From contig JAZRPK010000068.1 of assembly GCA_045649145.1 (NCBI GenBank), positions 1 through 59,290 of the forward strand: a DNA stretch of 59,290 nucleotides. Reading direction: 5' to 3'. Numbering within the stretch: position 1 is the first letter of the stretch; every line of letters begins with the position of its first letter. Below the pieces are notes generated by a model that worked only from the letters and a program-made list of their open reading frames with translations, did no database searches and was not told the origin of the DNA. The DNA comes from Clostridia bacterium. Its GTDB lineage: Bacteria; Bacillota; Clostridia; UBA1381. Shown here in pieces: positions 31,452 to 39,925 of the stretch. A program made the position numbers and the translations under genes.

Positions 31452-34400
31452 ATACTTCCCTCCCTAAACTTCCGGCCAGCCTTAGTATAAACTGAGAGGC
31501 TTGTATAGCCGATACCCAATTCAAGATTATTTAGTAGCTGATTCACCTCTGGCATAGGAATATCTCTGCCAAGGTTGTAATGGCGGAAACGAACACCGAC
31601 ATCATTCCTCAAACGGAGAGGAAGGTCGTGGATTCTTATATATCCGTTATTCCCTTTTACAGTAAGAACTGTACCTGTATACAGTTTTGGTGTAGGTTCC
31701 GTAATTTCTTCAGTAATGGGAGGGCAAATCATAAACGGTGTTCTCATACGTGCATGGTAGAATTTCGCTTCATCCAGCATTGCAAGAATTTCCACCGCTT
31801 CAATATAAGACTCCTCCGACATTCTGCCGACCTGTATTGCCGCCAACGCATAAAGTAATATGATGATAGGCTGGCGATTTTCTTTTTCTATTCTGACATA
31901 TGTACGGCAATAGTCATAAATCTCATACCACTGCTCTATTGTCAGCCTTGTCAGCTGACATTCGGTATTTCCTGAAAGAGTTGTTTTGTTATAACGCATC
32001 CAAGCAACACGGATAAGCATAGCAAGTGCATAAGAATTCGAACTCACACACTCGTAATTCTTTTTATTTGTCTTAAGGAACTGATATACCCGCTCGCAAC
32101 TATCAAGTTGCTGTTTTTCCAACTTTTGTGTTCCGCTGGGGATTTTTAATTCTTTTTGACAAATAAACGTAATTGCTGAAGCGTTATTTGACTCAAGCAT
32201 ATTGTCATAAAGACGGAAAAATGCCTCCTCTTCTTCCGTTTTTGCAGGTTTTCCGTCAATGTGTCCGTAAACAGAATCAAGTGTAATTTGGAAGTTTGCC
32301 GCAATATCCCTGATTTTTGCAAGGTGTGGGCTCAATTCGTCTTTTCCGTTACCACCTCTGTTTACAATGCTTGCACCCAGATTTTCACAAATTTCCACAA
32401 GCTGCATAATTTCGCTAAGGTTCTGTATCTTTTCCTCTTCAGGCAATCCCCGTTCCTTTTCATACATTCTCTCGAACGCCTTGAACAGAGCATTATAGGC
32501 ATAGCCATTAGTCTGGTCACGGTAAATAACAGAAAGCAGTTGCTTGTAAATAGTAGGATAATGGAGCCTACGCATCAAAAGCCTGGTATCAGCATCAACG
32601 CCAAGGCACTCGCAACACTCCCTGTATTCTTCCCCATATTCCTCCAGACGCATATTACATTGTGCCGTTTCTACAACCAACGAATCACGCTGCGCCAACA
32701 AGCGACTTTTTTCCTTGGCAGAAAGTGACTGCGCCTCGGTTGTGCATCTTGTTTCTAACGCCTCAACGCCCTGCTCTGCAAGAGAGATAGCATTAACCAT
32801 CTTCTTAAGACGAAGTTCGTAATCCTCCGGTTTGAAATGCTCATGCTCATATTTGTTTATCTCTTCGTTAGCATCATTCTTTACAGGCATATAGTGGCTG
32901 TTCCAAAAAGCACCATAATATTCACGTGTGAAAGTAATCAGGATTGTAGTAAAACCTGCATCCTCATCGGGAACTCCGTAATCTTCAAGAAGATATATTA
33001 TCTTGTTTATCAGAACTTCCAACTGTGCCTGAATATTTATGTAATCAAGACTATCCTTGCGGAGCGAGAAATACTGAGAGTTCGGACCCATCAAGCGAAG
33101 AAGCGCCTGCAAGCTGTTGGTGAAATTAAGGTCCTTGCACTTACTTCTGCGATAGTCCTGTCCGTAAATATCAATAATCTTACACAAAAGATTAATCTGT
33201 TGTGTACCGCTCATATCATGTCTTTGCAGATAAATATCTGCTTCGAGAGAATTTCTGAAACTAAAAGCATAGTCACCGGTCCCTGTTTCACCATAATAAA
33301 GCCACGGCAACTCTGTCGTTACAAGCTTGAACAGTTCCTGATAACGGTTGCTGTATCTGTCAACAACATCATCTCCCAGCAGTATTGTATAGGCAAGGCT
33401 GTAGGGTACAGTCAGTTTGAATCGGCTAAACAGAGCAACACAGAGATTAAGCGTATCAAGTTTCTCTTCAAGTTCCTCAATATTATTATCATTATGCTCC
33501 TCTTCAATACCCAGTTCATCGACTGCAATTCCCGCTTTCATCATAGCAAGATACATCGGGGATGTTTTTATTTCTTCTTTAGCATCATTTTTGATGCCCT
33601 CAAGCGTCGAATCAAGTTCCTTCTGAACATACTGGAATACCTTGCTCTGCTCCTTTTTCAAGCCTTTTTCAAGATTATCTCGAAGCAACGATATGAGCTT
33701 GTAATAGTATTGGAAAATATCATCTCCAGTTATATTATCAGGCGAATTTTGTCCATTTAGCTTATTACGCATATCAGATATTGTCTTTGCGCTAATACCC
33801 GAATATTCTTTGGCAATTCTCCAGAATTCATATTTTTCATGCTCGTTCATTTCTCGGGTCGCCTTTACGTAATAGTAACCGTCTGCGGAAACCACTTGTG
33901 CTTCTTTCGAATCACAGCTTTCAAATTTATTGCCGTTTTCTGCCAGTCGATATCCGTTACCCTCCTGACCAATAATGCGGTATCCGCTACATACCAACAC
34001 AACGCGTCGTCCCTTATTTTCAAGCTCTGTCAAAAAGCGGCCCATGCGCTCTACCCCTGAAAGGTAGGTAGAACTGTCCCACACAATCAGTATACGTGTA
34101 TCGGTTACCGACTTGTCGACAATAGCCTGCAATGCTCCTTCGATTCGGTTGGTGAAATCACCGCCGACAATATCGTCATCAGATATGAAAAGAACCGGAT
34201 TGGTTTTTTCGTTGTAAATTCGATAAGCAAGCGCACCAAGTGTAATACTTTTACTGCTTCCCGGGTCTCCCGTTAATACAATGGGGCAAGGCGACGCACT
34301 ATTGCCTGTAACCCCCTTTCCTGCAAGCATAAGACGCACCAATTGAACAAGAGCATCTTCATAACTACGCTTAACATAAAAAGTTGATTGCGGCAAATAT

Positions 34401-35278
34401 CCGTACCATTGCGGACCGAACATAGAGCTTAATTCTATAAAATTGGAAAACCATTGCTGAGACTGAATTCTGCCCAGCGGTCGTACTTTATTCAATGTAC
34501 GTTCAGTCAGAAGAGTTCCTACATTGTTAAAAACCATAAGCTCTGCTCTGGAAACACTGATGGGCTTTTGTGCCTGGAAATATATGTCACTGTCATTTTC
34601 AGGCGAGTAAAGAATCTCATCTTCTTCAATTTGACTCATTTCGTCAAGTCTTGACTTGACAACCTCTGCCAATTCGGTCTCATAAAAGCCAAAGCTCTTT
34701 TCCTCAGCAACTCTTTTTAGACGGTTAAACGTACCTTCATCCATCTGAAGCTTGTCCGGCGACATACCCCAGAATGAAACAGACCCGTCAGAAGTCCTTG
34801 AATATAATAATTTTGCAAGGTACTTGTTGATAAGCTGACAGTCAATGTCCGAGTCAATGCCAATGATAACCAACGGATTTACATAATCAAGAATTTCCGG
34901 CAGTAATTCCAGCATACGACCGGCTTCTTCCATATCATATTCAGTATGACTTTCTGTGCTTAACCATGACAAATCTTCATCGTCATCTTCCGTACCGCTG
35001 ACTCCGAATAATCGCAGAACAGGTGTTTTCTCCCTACTGAGCGGTTTTGCAGACACATCCCTACGGCTGAAAAACTCCTTCGGCGAACGGTCATCATTAA
35101 CAAAAAGTGCAGAAAATTCAGGATCGCGGCGACTTGTTACAACTGCGCTCCAACGACACGTGGAAATGATATCCTTAATTTCATCATCCTTTGCGTTCTG
35201 ACCCACATACAAAATTACATGGTTGGAATTAAATTTGTTATAAAATTCGCTGGTCATTTTCTCAATATTCATTATCAC
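31448..35278 (-). CDS. 1276-aa multidomain protein: SIR2-like (degenerate) N-domain, STAND-type P-loop NTPase, long helical region, beta-rich C-terminal module
   Basis: Walker A GDPGSSKS (nt 34247-34270), Walker-B-like RILIVWDSS and sensor-like GRRVVLVCSGYR. The N-terminal layout VILYVGQN / WSAVVTSRRD / VLRLFG / LVIIGIDSDID parallels SIR2_2. The start is GTG 35278 or ATG 35272. Confidence 0.7.
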   Translation of the reverse strand: MIMNIEKMTSEFYNKFNSNHVILYVGQNAKDDEIKDIISTCRWSAVVTSRRDPEFSALFVNDDRSPKEFFSRRDVSAKPLSREKTPVLRLFGVSGTEDDDEDLSWLSTESHTEYDMEEAGRMLELLPEILDYVNPLVIIGIDSDIDCQLINKYLAKLLYSRTSDGSVSFWGMSPDKLQMDEGTFNRLKRVAEEKSFGFYETELAEVVKSRLDEMSQIEEDEILYSPENDSDIYFQAQKPISVSRAELMVFNNVGTLLTERTLNKVRPLGRIQSQQWFSNFIELSSMFGPQWYGYLPQSTFYVKRSYEDALVQLVRLMLAGKGVTGNSASPCPIVLTGDPGSSKSITLGALAYRIYNEKTNPVLFISDDDIVGGDFTNRIEGALQAIVDKSVTDTRILIVWDSSTYLSGVERMGRFLTELENKGRRVVLVCSGYRIIGQEGNGYRLAENGNKFESCDSKEAQVVSADGYYYVKATREMNEHEKYEFWRIAKEYSGISAKTISDMRNKLNGQNSPDNITGDDIFQYYYKLISLLRDNLEKGLKKEQSKVFQYVQKELDSTLEGIKNDAKEEIKTSPMYLAMMKAGIAVDELGIEEEHNDNNIEELEEKLDTLNLCVALFSRFKLTVPYSLAYTILLGDDVVDRYSNRYQELFKLVTTELPWLYYGETGTGDYAFSFRNSLEADIYLQRHDMSGTQQINLLCKIIDIYGQDYRRSKCKDLNFTNSLQALLRLMGPNSQYFSLRKDSLDYINIQAQLEVLINKIIYLLEDYGVPDEDAGFTTILITFTREYYGAFWNSHYMPVKNDANEEINKYEHEHFKPEDYELRLKKMVNAISLAEQGVEALETRCTTEAQSLSAKEKSRLLAQRDSLVVETAQCNMRLEEYGEEYRECCECLGVDADTRLLMRRLHYPTIYKQLLSVIYRDQTNGYAYNALFKAFERMYEKERGLPEEEKIQNLSEIMQLVEICENLGASIVNRGGNGKDELSPHLAKIRDIAANFQITLDSVYGHIDGKPAKTEEEEAFFRLYDNMLESNNASAITFICQKELKIPSGTQKLEKQQLDSCERVYQFLKTNKKNYECVSSNSYALAMLIRVAWMRYNKTTLSGNTECQLTRLTIEQWYEIYDYCRTYVRIEKENRQPIIILLYALAAIQVGRMSEESYIEAVEILAMLDEAKFYHARMRTPFMICPPITEEITEPTPKLYTGTVLTVKGNNGYIRIHDLPLRLRNDVGVRFRHYNLGRDIPMPEVNQLLNNLELGIGYTSLSVYTKAGRKFREGSI

Positions 35279-35340
35279 ACATCCTGTCCTTATTTTTTAA
35301 CAGTACCTACAAGGAAAAGTATATTTTGACTATTTATAAT

Positions 35341-35369
35341 AGCATATCACATTTCCATTTTAATGTCAA
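35341..35369 (-). promoter_or_regulatory. candidate sigma-A promoter of the two-gene cassette
   Basis: Minus strand TTGACA (35364-35369), N17 ending in TGA, TATGCT (35341-35346). About 60 nt upstream of the start codon. Confidence 0.5.
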
Positions 35370-35428
35370 TTGTAAACGCATAGACTTGATCGCCTGCGTC
35401 CTCCTTTGTTTTATGTCTTCATTTAATT

Positions 35429-35454
35429 AAAAAGCAACCATCAGGTTGCTTTTT
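35429..35454 (-). terminator. intrinsic terminator after niaR
   Basis: AGCAACC / GGTTGCT stem with a 4-nt loop, flanked by A/T runs. Immediately after the niaR stop at 35457. Confidence 0.7.
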
Positions 35455-35456
35455 AA

Positions 35457-36005
35457 TTATTGCAATTCTATCTCCATCGGCTCATACTCCTGAAGTGGCG
35501 CTAAAAAGCCACGCTCTTCGAGTTTCCTTTTAATAATTTCCAAAGTATCCTCATTTTCTGCACAAACAGTATGATAATGATACCCCGATGTGACATTCTT
35601 AAGCAGGCTCGACTTTCCGCTTGTTATATTGTCGATAAAATTTTTGACATCGAGCCGTGATTTGATATCCATTGTAGCTGATATTTTATTATAGAACTTG
35701 TGATAGACAAACACATCTTTTACTATGCCGCCAAGGTCAACTATGAGGTTAAGTTCCTCCTCCACCTCATCATCCGAGTGAATGAGCTTAAAAACCCGCT
35801 CGTGCTTTGACTCTTTTTCCAAAAGATATCCTCTTGCATGTGAAAGAATACCGCAGCCGTCCTTTCTGAGCATAGCTATATCCTTAACAATAATCTGCCT
35901 GCTTACCCCAAATTCTTCCGCAAGAGCAGTCGCCGAAACAGGTTTCTTTGCAAGAGTGAGGGTTTTTAATATCTCCGCTCTTCTTAGTTCTACTCTCATA
36001 GACAC
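35457..36005 (-). CDS. niaR: NAD-biosynthesis transcriptional repressor NiaR (YrxA family; HTH + 3H domain)
   Basis: 182 aa. N-terminal HTH (VSATALAEEFGVSRQIIVKDIAMLR). C-terminal 3H-like region with conserved His residues (LIHSDDEV, FVYHKFY, GYHYHTV). Downstream of nadB-nadC. Confidence 0.82.
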   Translation of the reverse strand: MSMRVELRRAEILKTLTLAKKPVSATALAEEFGVSRQIIVKDIAMLRKDGCGILSHARGYLLEKESKHERVFKLIHSDDEVEEELNLIVDLGGIVKDVFVYHKFYNKISATMDIKSRLDVKNFIDNITSGKSSLLKNVTSGYHYHTVCAENEDTLEIIKRKLEERGFLAPLQEYEPMEIELQ

Positions 36006-36012
36006 CTCCTGC

Positions 36013-36867
36013 TTATATCTCGTGCAGATTTTTTAATGACAGGTCAAGAATGGGTGATGAATGAGTAAGCGCCCCGCTTGATATATAGTCTACGCCAAGG
36101 TCGGTAAGTACAGCTATGTTTTCCTTGGTTACATTGCCCGAAACCTCAACCTCTGCTCTTCCATCAATATATGCCATAGCTTCTTTTATCTCGGCGTGAG
36201 TCATATTGTCAAGCATAATAATATCCGCACCCGCCTCAACAGCTTCCTTTACCATATCAAAGTTTTCAACCTCGACCTCAATCTTTCTTACAAAGGGTGC
36301 GTATTCCTTTGCCATTTCTACCGCCTTTTTAACACTACCTGCCGCACCAATGTGATTGTCCTTTAAGAGCACTCCATCGGAAAGATTGTATCTGTGATTA
36401 CAGCCTCCGCCCGTTCTTACAGCGTATTTCTCGAAAATACGGTTGTTAGGCGTTGTTTTTCTGGTATCTAAGAGGGTGGTATTTGTGCCCTTTAGTAAAT
36501 CGGCAACCTTTCTGGTGTATGTCGCAACACCGCTCATTCTTTGCAGGTAGTTGAGCGCTGTACGCTCGCCTGAGAGTAAAACTCTTATATCACCCTTAAC
36601 CTTTGCAATAAGCTCTCCTTTTTTAATTTCCTTGCCGTCTTCGGCAAAGAAAGTCACCTCGGTTTTTTCGTCAAGGAGTGTAAACACCCTTTCAAACACC
36701 TGTATACCGCAAAGTATCCCGTCTTCTTTACAAATAAGGTCTACCTCGCCCATTTTCTCACACGGCATAACACTGTTTGTGGAAACGTCCTCGCTGGTAA
36801 TGTCCTCCTCCAATGCGCCCAGAATAAGCGGGTCAACCTTCAGTTTCAAAGTAGCTTTATCAAACAT
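36013..36867 (-). CDS. nadC: nicotinate-nucleotide pyrophosphorylase (carboxylating)
   Basis: 284 aa. GERTALNYLQRMSGVAT, LLDTRKTTP, GGGCNHR, LKDNH and IMLDN motifs. Confidence 0.93.
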   Translation of the reverse strand: MFDKATLKLKVDPLILGALEEDITSEDVSTNSVMPCEKMGEVDLICKEDGILCGIQVFERVFTLLDEKTEVTFFAEDGKEIKKGELIAKVKGDIRVLLSGERTALNYLQRMSGVATYTRKVADLLKGTNTTLLDTRKTTPNNRIFEKYAVRTGGGCNHRYNLSDGVLLKDNHIGAAGSVKKAVEMAKEYAPFVRKIEVEVENFDMVKEAVEAGADIIMLDNMTHAEIKEAMAYIDGRAEVEVSGNVTKENIAVLTDLGVDYISSGALTHSSPILDLSLKNLHEI

Positions 36868-36868
36868 T

Positions 36869-38158
36869 TTATTTCTCTCCTTGTAAATTATTTGCTTTTT
36901 CTATCTCGGCAAGTACCAGCTTGCGATACTTTTCCAAAAGCTCTTCTTGGTTGTTGTAGACTGTTAGGTCAATATCAGGAAGAGCGGTCATTTCTTTGGG
37001 ATTATTCTTTATATCCTCCGCTGCACGCTTTGCAAATACCAGACTCTCCAAAAGCGAGTTGCTGGCGAGGCGGTTTCTTCCGTGTACGCCGTTGCAGGCG
37101 TTTTCACCTACCGCATAAAGTCTTGGCATAGAGGTTTTGCTGTTATGATTAACCTTTATTCCGCCCATAAAATAATGCTGTGCAGGAACAACTGGGATAC
37201 ATTCTCTGGTTACATCATAATTTAGCTCCTTACAATGCCTTACAATATTCGGAAAATGCTCCAAAAGCTCAGCTTGCGGAATTGTCCTTAAATCCTCCCA
37301 GACAAACTCAGTTGAGTCTGCCTTCATCTGTCGGCGGATTTCCTCTACCAGCAAATCCCTCGGCAAAAGCTCGTCGGTAAACCTTTGCATATCCTTGTTA
37401 TAGAGCTTTGCCCCCTCTCCTCTTACCGATTCGGATATCAGAAAGCTCCTTTCGGTCGGCTTTTCTGAAAAGAGGGTTGTCGGGTGAATTTGTATGTAGT
37501 TGATATTTTTAAGCTCTATCTGATGTGTTATGGCAATCGCAATTGCATCGCCTGTTAGATGCCTGAAATTAGTGGAATGTCGGTACAAGCCTCCTATTCC
37601 GCCGCAAGCAAGTACAGTATATTCGGCACTTACCGTTTCGACCGCACCGTCAGGCAAGGATATCACCGCTCCGACACATTCTCCGTCTTTTTCGATTATG
37701 TCAAGCAGAGTGGTATTTTCATAGAGCGTTATATTGTCCCGTTTTTTAACCTCTTGTAAGAGCTTGCTTGTGATTTCCTTTCCCGTAATATCACGATGGA
37801 ACAAAATTCTGCTTTCAGAATGTGCTCCCTCTCTTGTATAGTTAAAATCTCCCTTTTCATCACGTGAAAACTCAACCCCGTAACCCACAAGCTCGTTTAT
37901 CACCTCACGTGAGGAATTTATCATAATAGCCACGCTCTCATGGTCATTCTCGTAATGACCTGCTTTTAATGTGTCTTCAAAGAAAGACTCGTAATCCTCG
38001 TCATTTTTAAGCACACATATTCCGCCTTGTGCAAGAAATGAATCATTGCTTTCGGCATCAGCTTTGGTTATTATGGTAATTTTTTTGTCTTTTGGCAGGT
38101 GCAGTGCACAGTATAGACCCGAGCACCCGCTACCTACAATCAGTATGTCAGTATCCAT
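36869..38158 (-). CDS. nadB: L-aspartate oxidase
   Basis: 429 aa from MDTDILIVGSGCSGLYCAL (FAD GxGxxG). SD GGAGGG lies upstream. The 54-codon N-terminal extension in the ORF track runs through the promoter region and is rejected. Confidence 0.92.
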   Translation of the reverse strand: MDTDILIVGSGCSGLYCALHLPKDKKITIITKADAESNDSFLAQGGICVLKNDEDYESFFEDTLKAGHYENDHESVAIMINSSREVINELVGYGVEFSRDEKGDFNYTREGAHSESRILFHRDITGKEITSKLLQEVKKRDNITLYENTTLLDIIEKDGECVGAVISLPDGAVETVSAEYTVLACGGIGGLYRHSTNFRHLTGDAIAIAITHQIELKNINYIQIHPTTLFSEKPTERSFLISESVRGEGAKLYNKDMQRFTDELLPRDLLVEEIRRQMKADSTEFVWEDLRTIPQAELLEHFPNIVRHCKELNYDVTRECIPVVPAQHYFMGGIKVNHNSKTSMPRLYAVGENACNGVHGRNRLASNSLLESLVFAKRAAEDIKNNPKEMTALPDIDLTVYNNQEELLEKYRKLVLAEIEKANNLQGEK

Positions 38159-38191
38159 TTTCCCTCCGAAAAAATCAAGTATGATACGCTT

Positions 38192-38220
38192 AGTATACCA
38201 CAGACATTTACACATTTCAA
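38192..38220 (-). promoter_or_regulatory. candidate nadB promoter
   Basis: Minus strand TTGAAA (38215-38220), N17 ending in TGG, TATACT (38192-38197). Confidence 0.55.
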
Positions 38221-38224
38221 GACA

Positions 38225-38248
38225 TATGTAAACTTTTATGTAAACTTT
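38225..38248. repeat. exact tandem duplication TATGTAAACTTT x2 between the divergent nadB and nadA -35 boxes (operator candidate)
   Basis: 38225-38236 and 38237-38248 are identical. A third, partial TATGTAAG lies at 38260-38267 inside the nadA spacer. Confidence 0.6.
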
Positions 38249-38249
38249 A

Positions 38250-38278
38250 TTGACTTTTTTATGTAAGAATAGTATAAT
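38250..38278 (+). promoter_or_regulatory. candidate nadA promoter
   Basis: TTGACT (38250-38255), N17, TATAAT (38273-38278). GGAGG SD before ATG 38303. Confidence 0.6.
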
Positions 38279-38302
38279 ACCTTTGTTACGGAGGACGATA
38301 TT

Positions 38303-39217
38303 ATGTACAACACAAAGCAATTACAGGAAGATATTATAAGACTTAAAAAAGAGAATGACGTTTGTATTTTGGCACACGCGTACCAGACACATGATATATT
38401 GGAGGTTGCCGACTATGTAGGCGACTCGTTCGGTTTAAGCAAGCAGGCAGCAGCTGCACCAGAGAAAACTGTCCTGATGTGCGGTGTCAGGTTTATGGCG
38501 GAAACAGTTAAAATTCTCTCGCCCGAGAAAAAGGTGCTTCTTTCTCACTCCGATGCAGGCTGTCCTATGGCGGAGCAGTTAGCCGTTGAGGAATTAAAAA
38601 GGCTCAAGAGCTTGTATAAGGACTCTGCCGTAGTGGCGTACATAAATACCACCGCAGCGCTAAAATGCGAGTGCGATGTTTGTGTAACCTCGGCATCTGC
38701 ACTTGATATTGTTAAAAAGCTGCCCCAGAAGGAAATACTCTTTATCCCCGATTGCAACCTCGGCTCGTGGGTAGAAAGCCACGTCCCCGAAAAGAAATTT
38801 CATTTTATAAACGGCGGCTGCCCCGTACATACCAAAGTTACTGCAGAAGATGTTGAGACAGCACGGCGAAATCACCCCGAGGCACTTTTGCTGGTGCATC
38901 CCGAATGTGTTAAGGAGGTAACCCAAAGGGCAGATTTTGCCGGCAGTACGACGGCTATTATGGATTTTGTGGCTAAAAGCGACGCAACAGAGTTTATAAT
39001 AGGAACGGATAACAGTATATCAGCGCATCTTCAGTTCTCATATCCAAATAAGCGTTTCTATCCCCTTTCCAAGAACTGCATATGTAATGATATGCGACTT
39101 ACTACTCTTGTGGATGTGTATAACGCCGTAGCAGGAGTTGGCGGCGAGGAGATAACTCTTGCCGATGACGTGATTAGAAAAGCAAAAATCAGCATAGACA
39201 GAATGTTAAGTATATAA
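38303..39217 (+). CDS. nadA: quinolinate synthase
   Basis: 304 aa. ILAHAYQ, VADYVGDS, the FMAETVKIL-type motif, CPMA and HPEC cluster ligand motifs. Confidence 0.93.
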   Translation: MYNTKQLQEDIIRLKKENDVCILAHAYQTHDILEVADYVGDSFGLSKQAAAAPEKTVLMCGVRFMAETVKILSPEKKVLLSHSDAGCPMAEQLAVEELKRLKSLYKDSAVVAYINTTAALKCECDVCVTSASALDIVKKLPQKEILFIPDCNLGSWVESHVPEKKFHFINGGCPVHTKVTAEDVETARRNHPEALLLVHPECVKEVTQRADFAGSTTAIMDFVAKSDATEFIIGTDNSISAHLQFSYPNKRFYPLSKNCICNDMRLTTLVDVYNAVAGVGGEEITLADDVIRKAKISIDRMLSI

Positions 39218-39221
39218 AAAT

Positions 39222-39249
39222 AAAAATCGGGCATAATGCCCGATTTTTT
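39222..39249. terminator. bidirectional terminator between convergent nadA and sigK
   Basis: ATCGGGCAT / ATGCCCGAT stem flanked by A5 and T6 runs. Confidence 0.8.
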
Positions 39250-39925
39250 ATTCAAAGCTTTTCTTAAGCTTTTTTATCGCCTTTTTTTCTATTCTTGATA
39301 CGTACGAACGGCTAATCCCCATAAGCTCGGACACCTCCTGCTGTGTCTTTCTTTTCCCGCCGCCGAGGCCATATCTCCAGCAGATTATCTGTTGCTCGCT
39401 CGGGGTAAGCTCACTTTTAATGGCACGTCTAAGTTTTACAGCATCAAGCCTTAGCGACACCTCCTCCTCAACATCAGCGCCCTCTATTGCAAGCGTATCT
39501 GATAAGGTCATATTATTACCCTCGCTGTCACAGCCGATACTTTCGTCAAGCGATATCTCTGCCCCAAGACGCTTTGCGCTGCGCAATGTCATCAAAATTT
39601 CATTCTCGATACATCTGGCAATATACGCAGCAAGTCGGGAATTCTTTTGAGGATTGAAGGTATTTATACCCTTAATCAGTCCAATCGTACCTATAGATAC
39701 CAAATCGTCAAAGTTGTTTTCGTTTCCGTATTTTTTGGCAATATGTGCTACTAATCTAAGGTTATGCTCTATCAGTATTTTTCGGGCATTTTCATCACCG
39801 TTTTGTAACAGCTCGGTGTATTTCTTCTCCTCTTGACTTGAAAGCGGCTTGGGAAAGGACGCTCCGCCGCCAATATATCCGACAAAGAAGAGAAGCTTTT
39901 CTAAAAGGGCTATTAAAAATCCCAT
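39248..39925 (-). CDS. sigK: sporulation sigma factor, pro-sigma-K type (uninterrupted)
   Basis: 225 aa. FPKPLSSQEEKKYTELLQNGDENARKILIEHNLRLVAHIAKKY and GISRSYVSRIEKKA closely parallel B. subtilis SigK, including the pro-sequence. No intervening element. Confidence 0.82.
   Translation of the reverse strand: MGFLIALLEKLLFFVGYIGGGASFPKPLSSQEEKKYTELLQNGDENARKILIEHNLRLVAHIAKKYGNENNFDDLVSIGTIGLIKGINTFNPQKNSRLAAYIARCIENEILMTLRSAKRLGAEISLDESIGCDSEGNNMTLSDTLAIEGADVEEEVSLRLDAVKLRRAIKSELTPSEQQIICWRYGLGGGKRKTQQEVSELMGISRSYVSRIEKKAIKKLKKSFE

Noticed and set aside
32837-33760. 307-aa plus-strand ORF, plus several others (31580-31858, 32261-32728, 33417-33626, 34956-35201), inside the large NTPase gene
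   Set aside because: They are antisense to a 3.8-kb uninterrupted ORF that has coherent NTPase motifs. The translations are Ile/Leu/Phe-rich, as expected from AT-rich antisense frames. No SD sequences were noted.
30168-35456. Integrative mobile element at the tRNA-Pro locus
   Set aside because: No integrase, recombinase, excisionase, transposase or phage/conjugation gene is present. No repeat of the tRNA 3' end was found at the far boundary; only a 7-nt TCCTGTC match and the separate 10-nt repeat reported as a finding.
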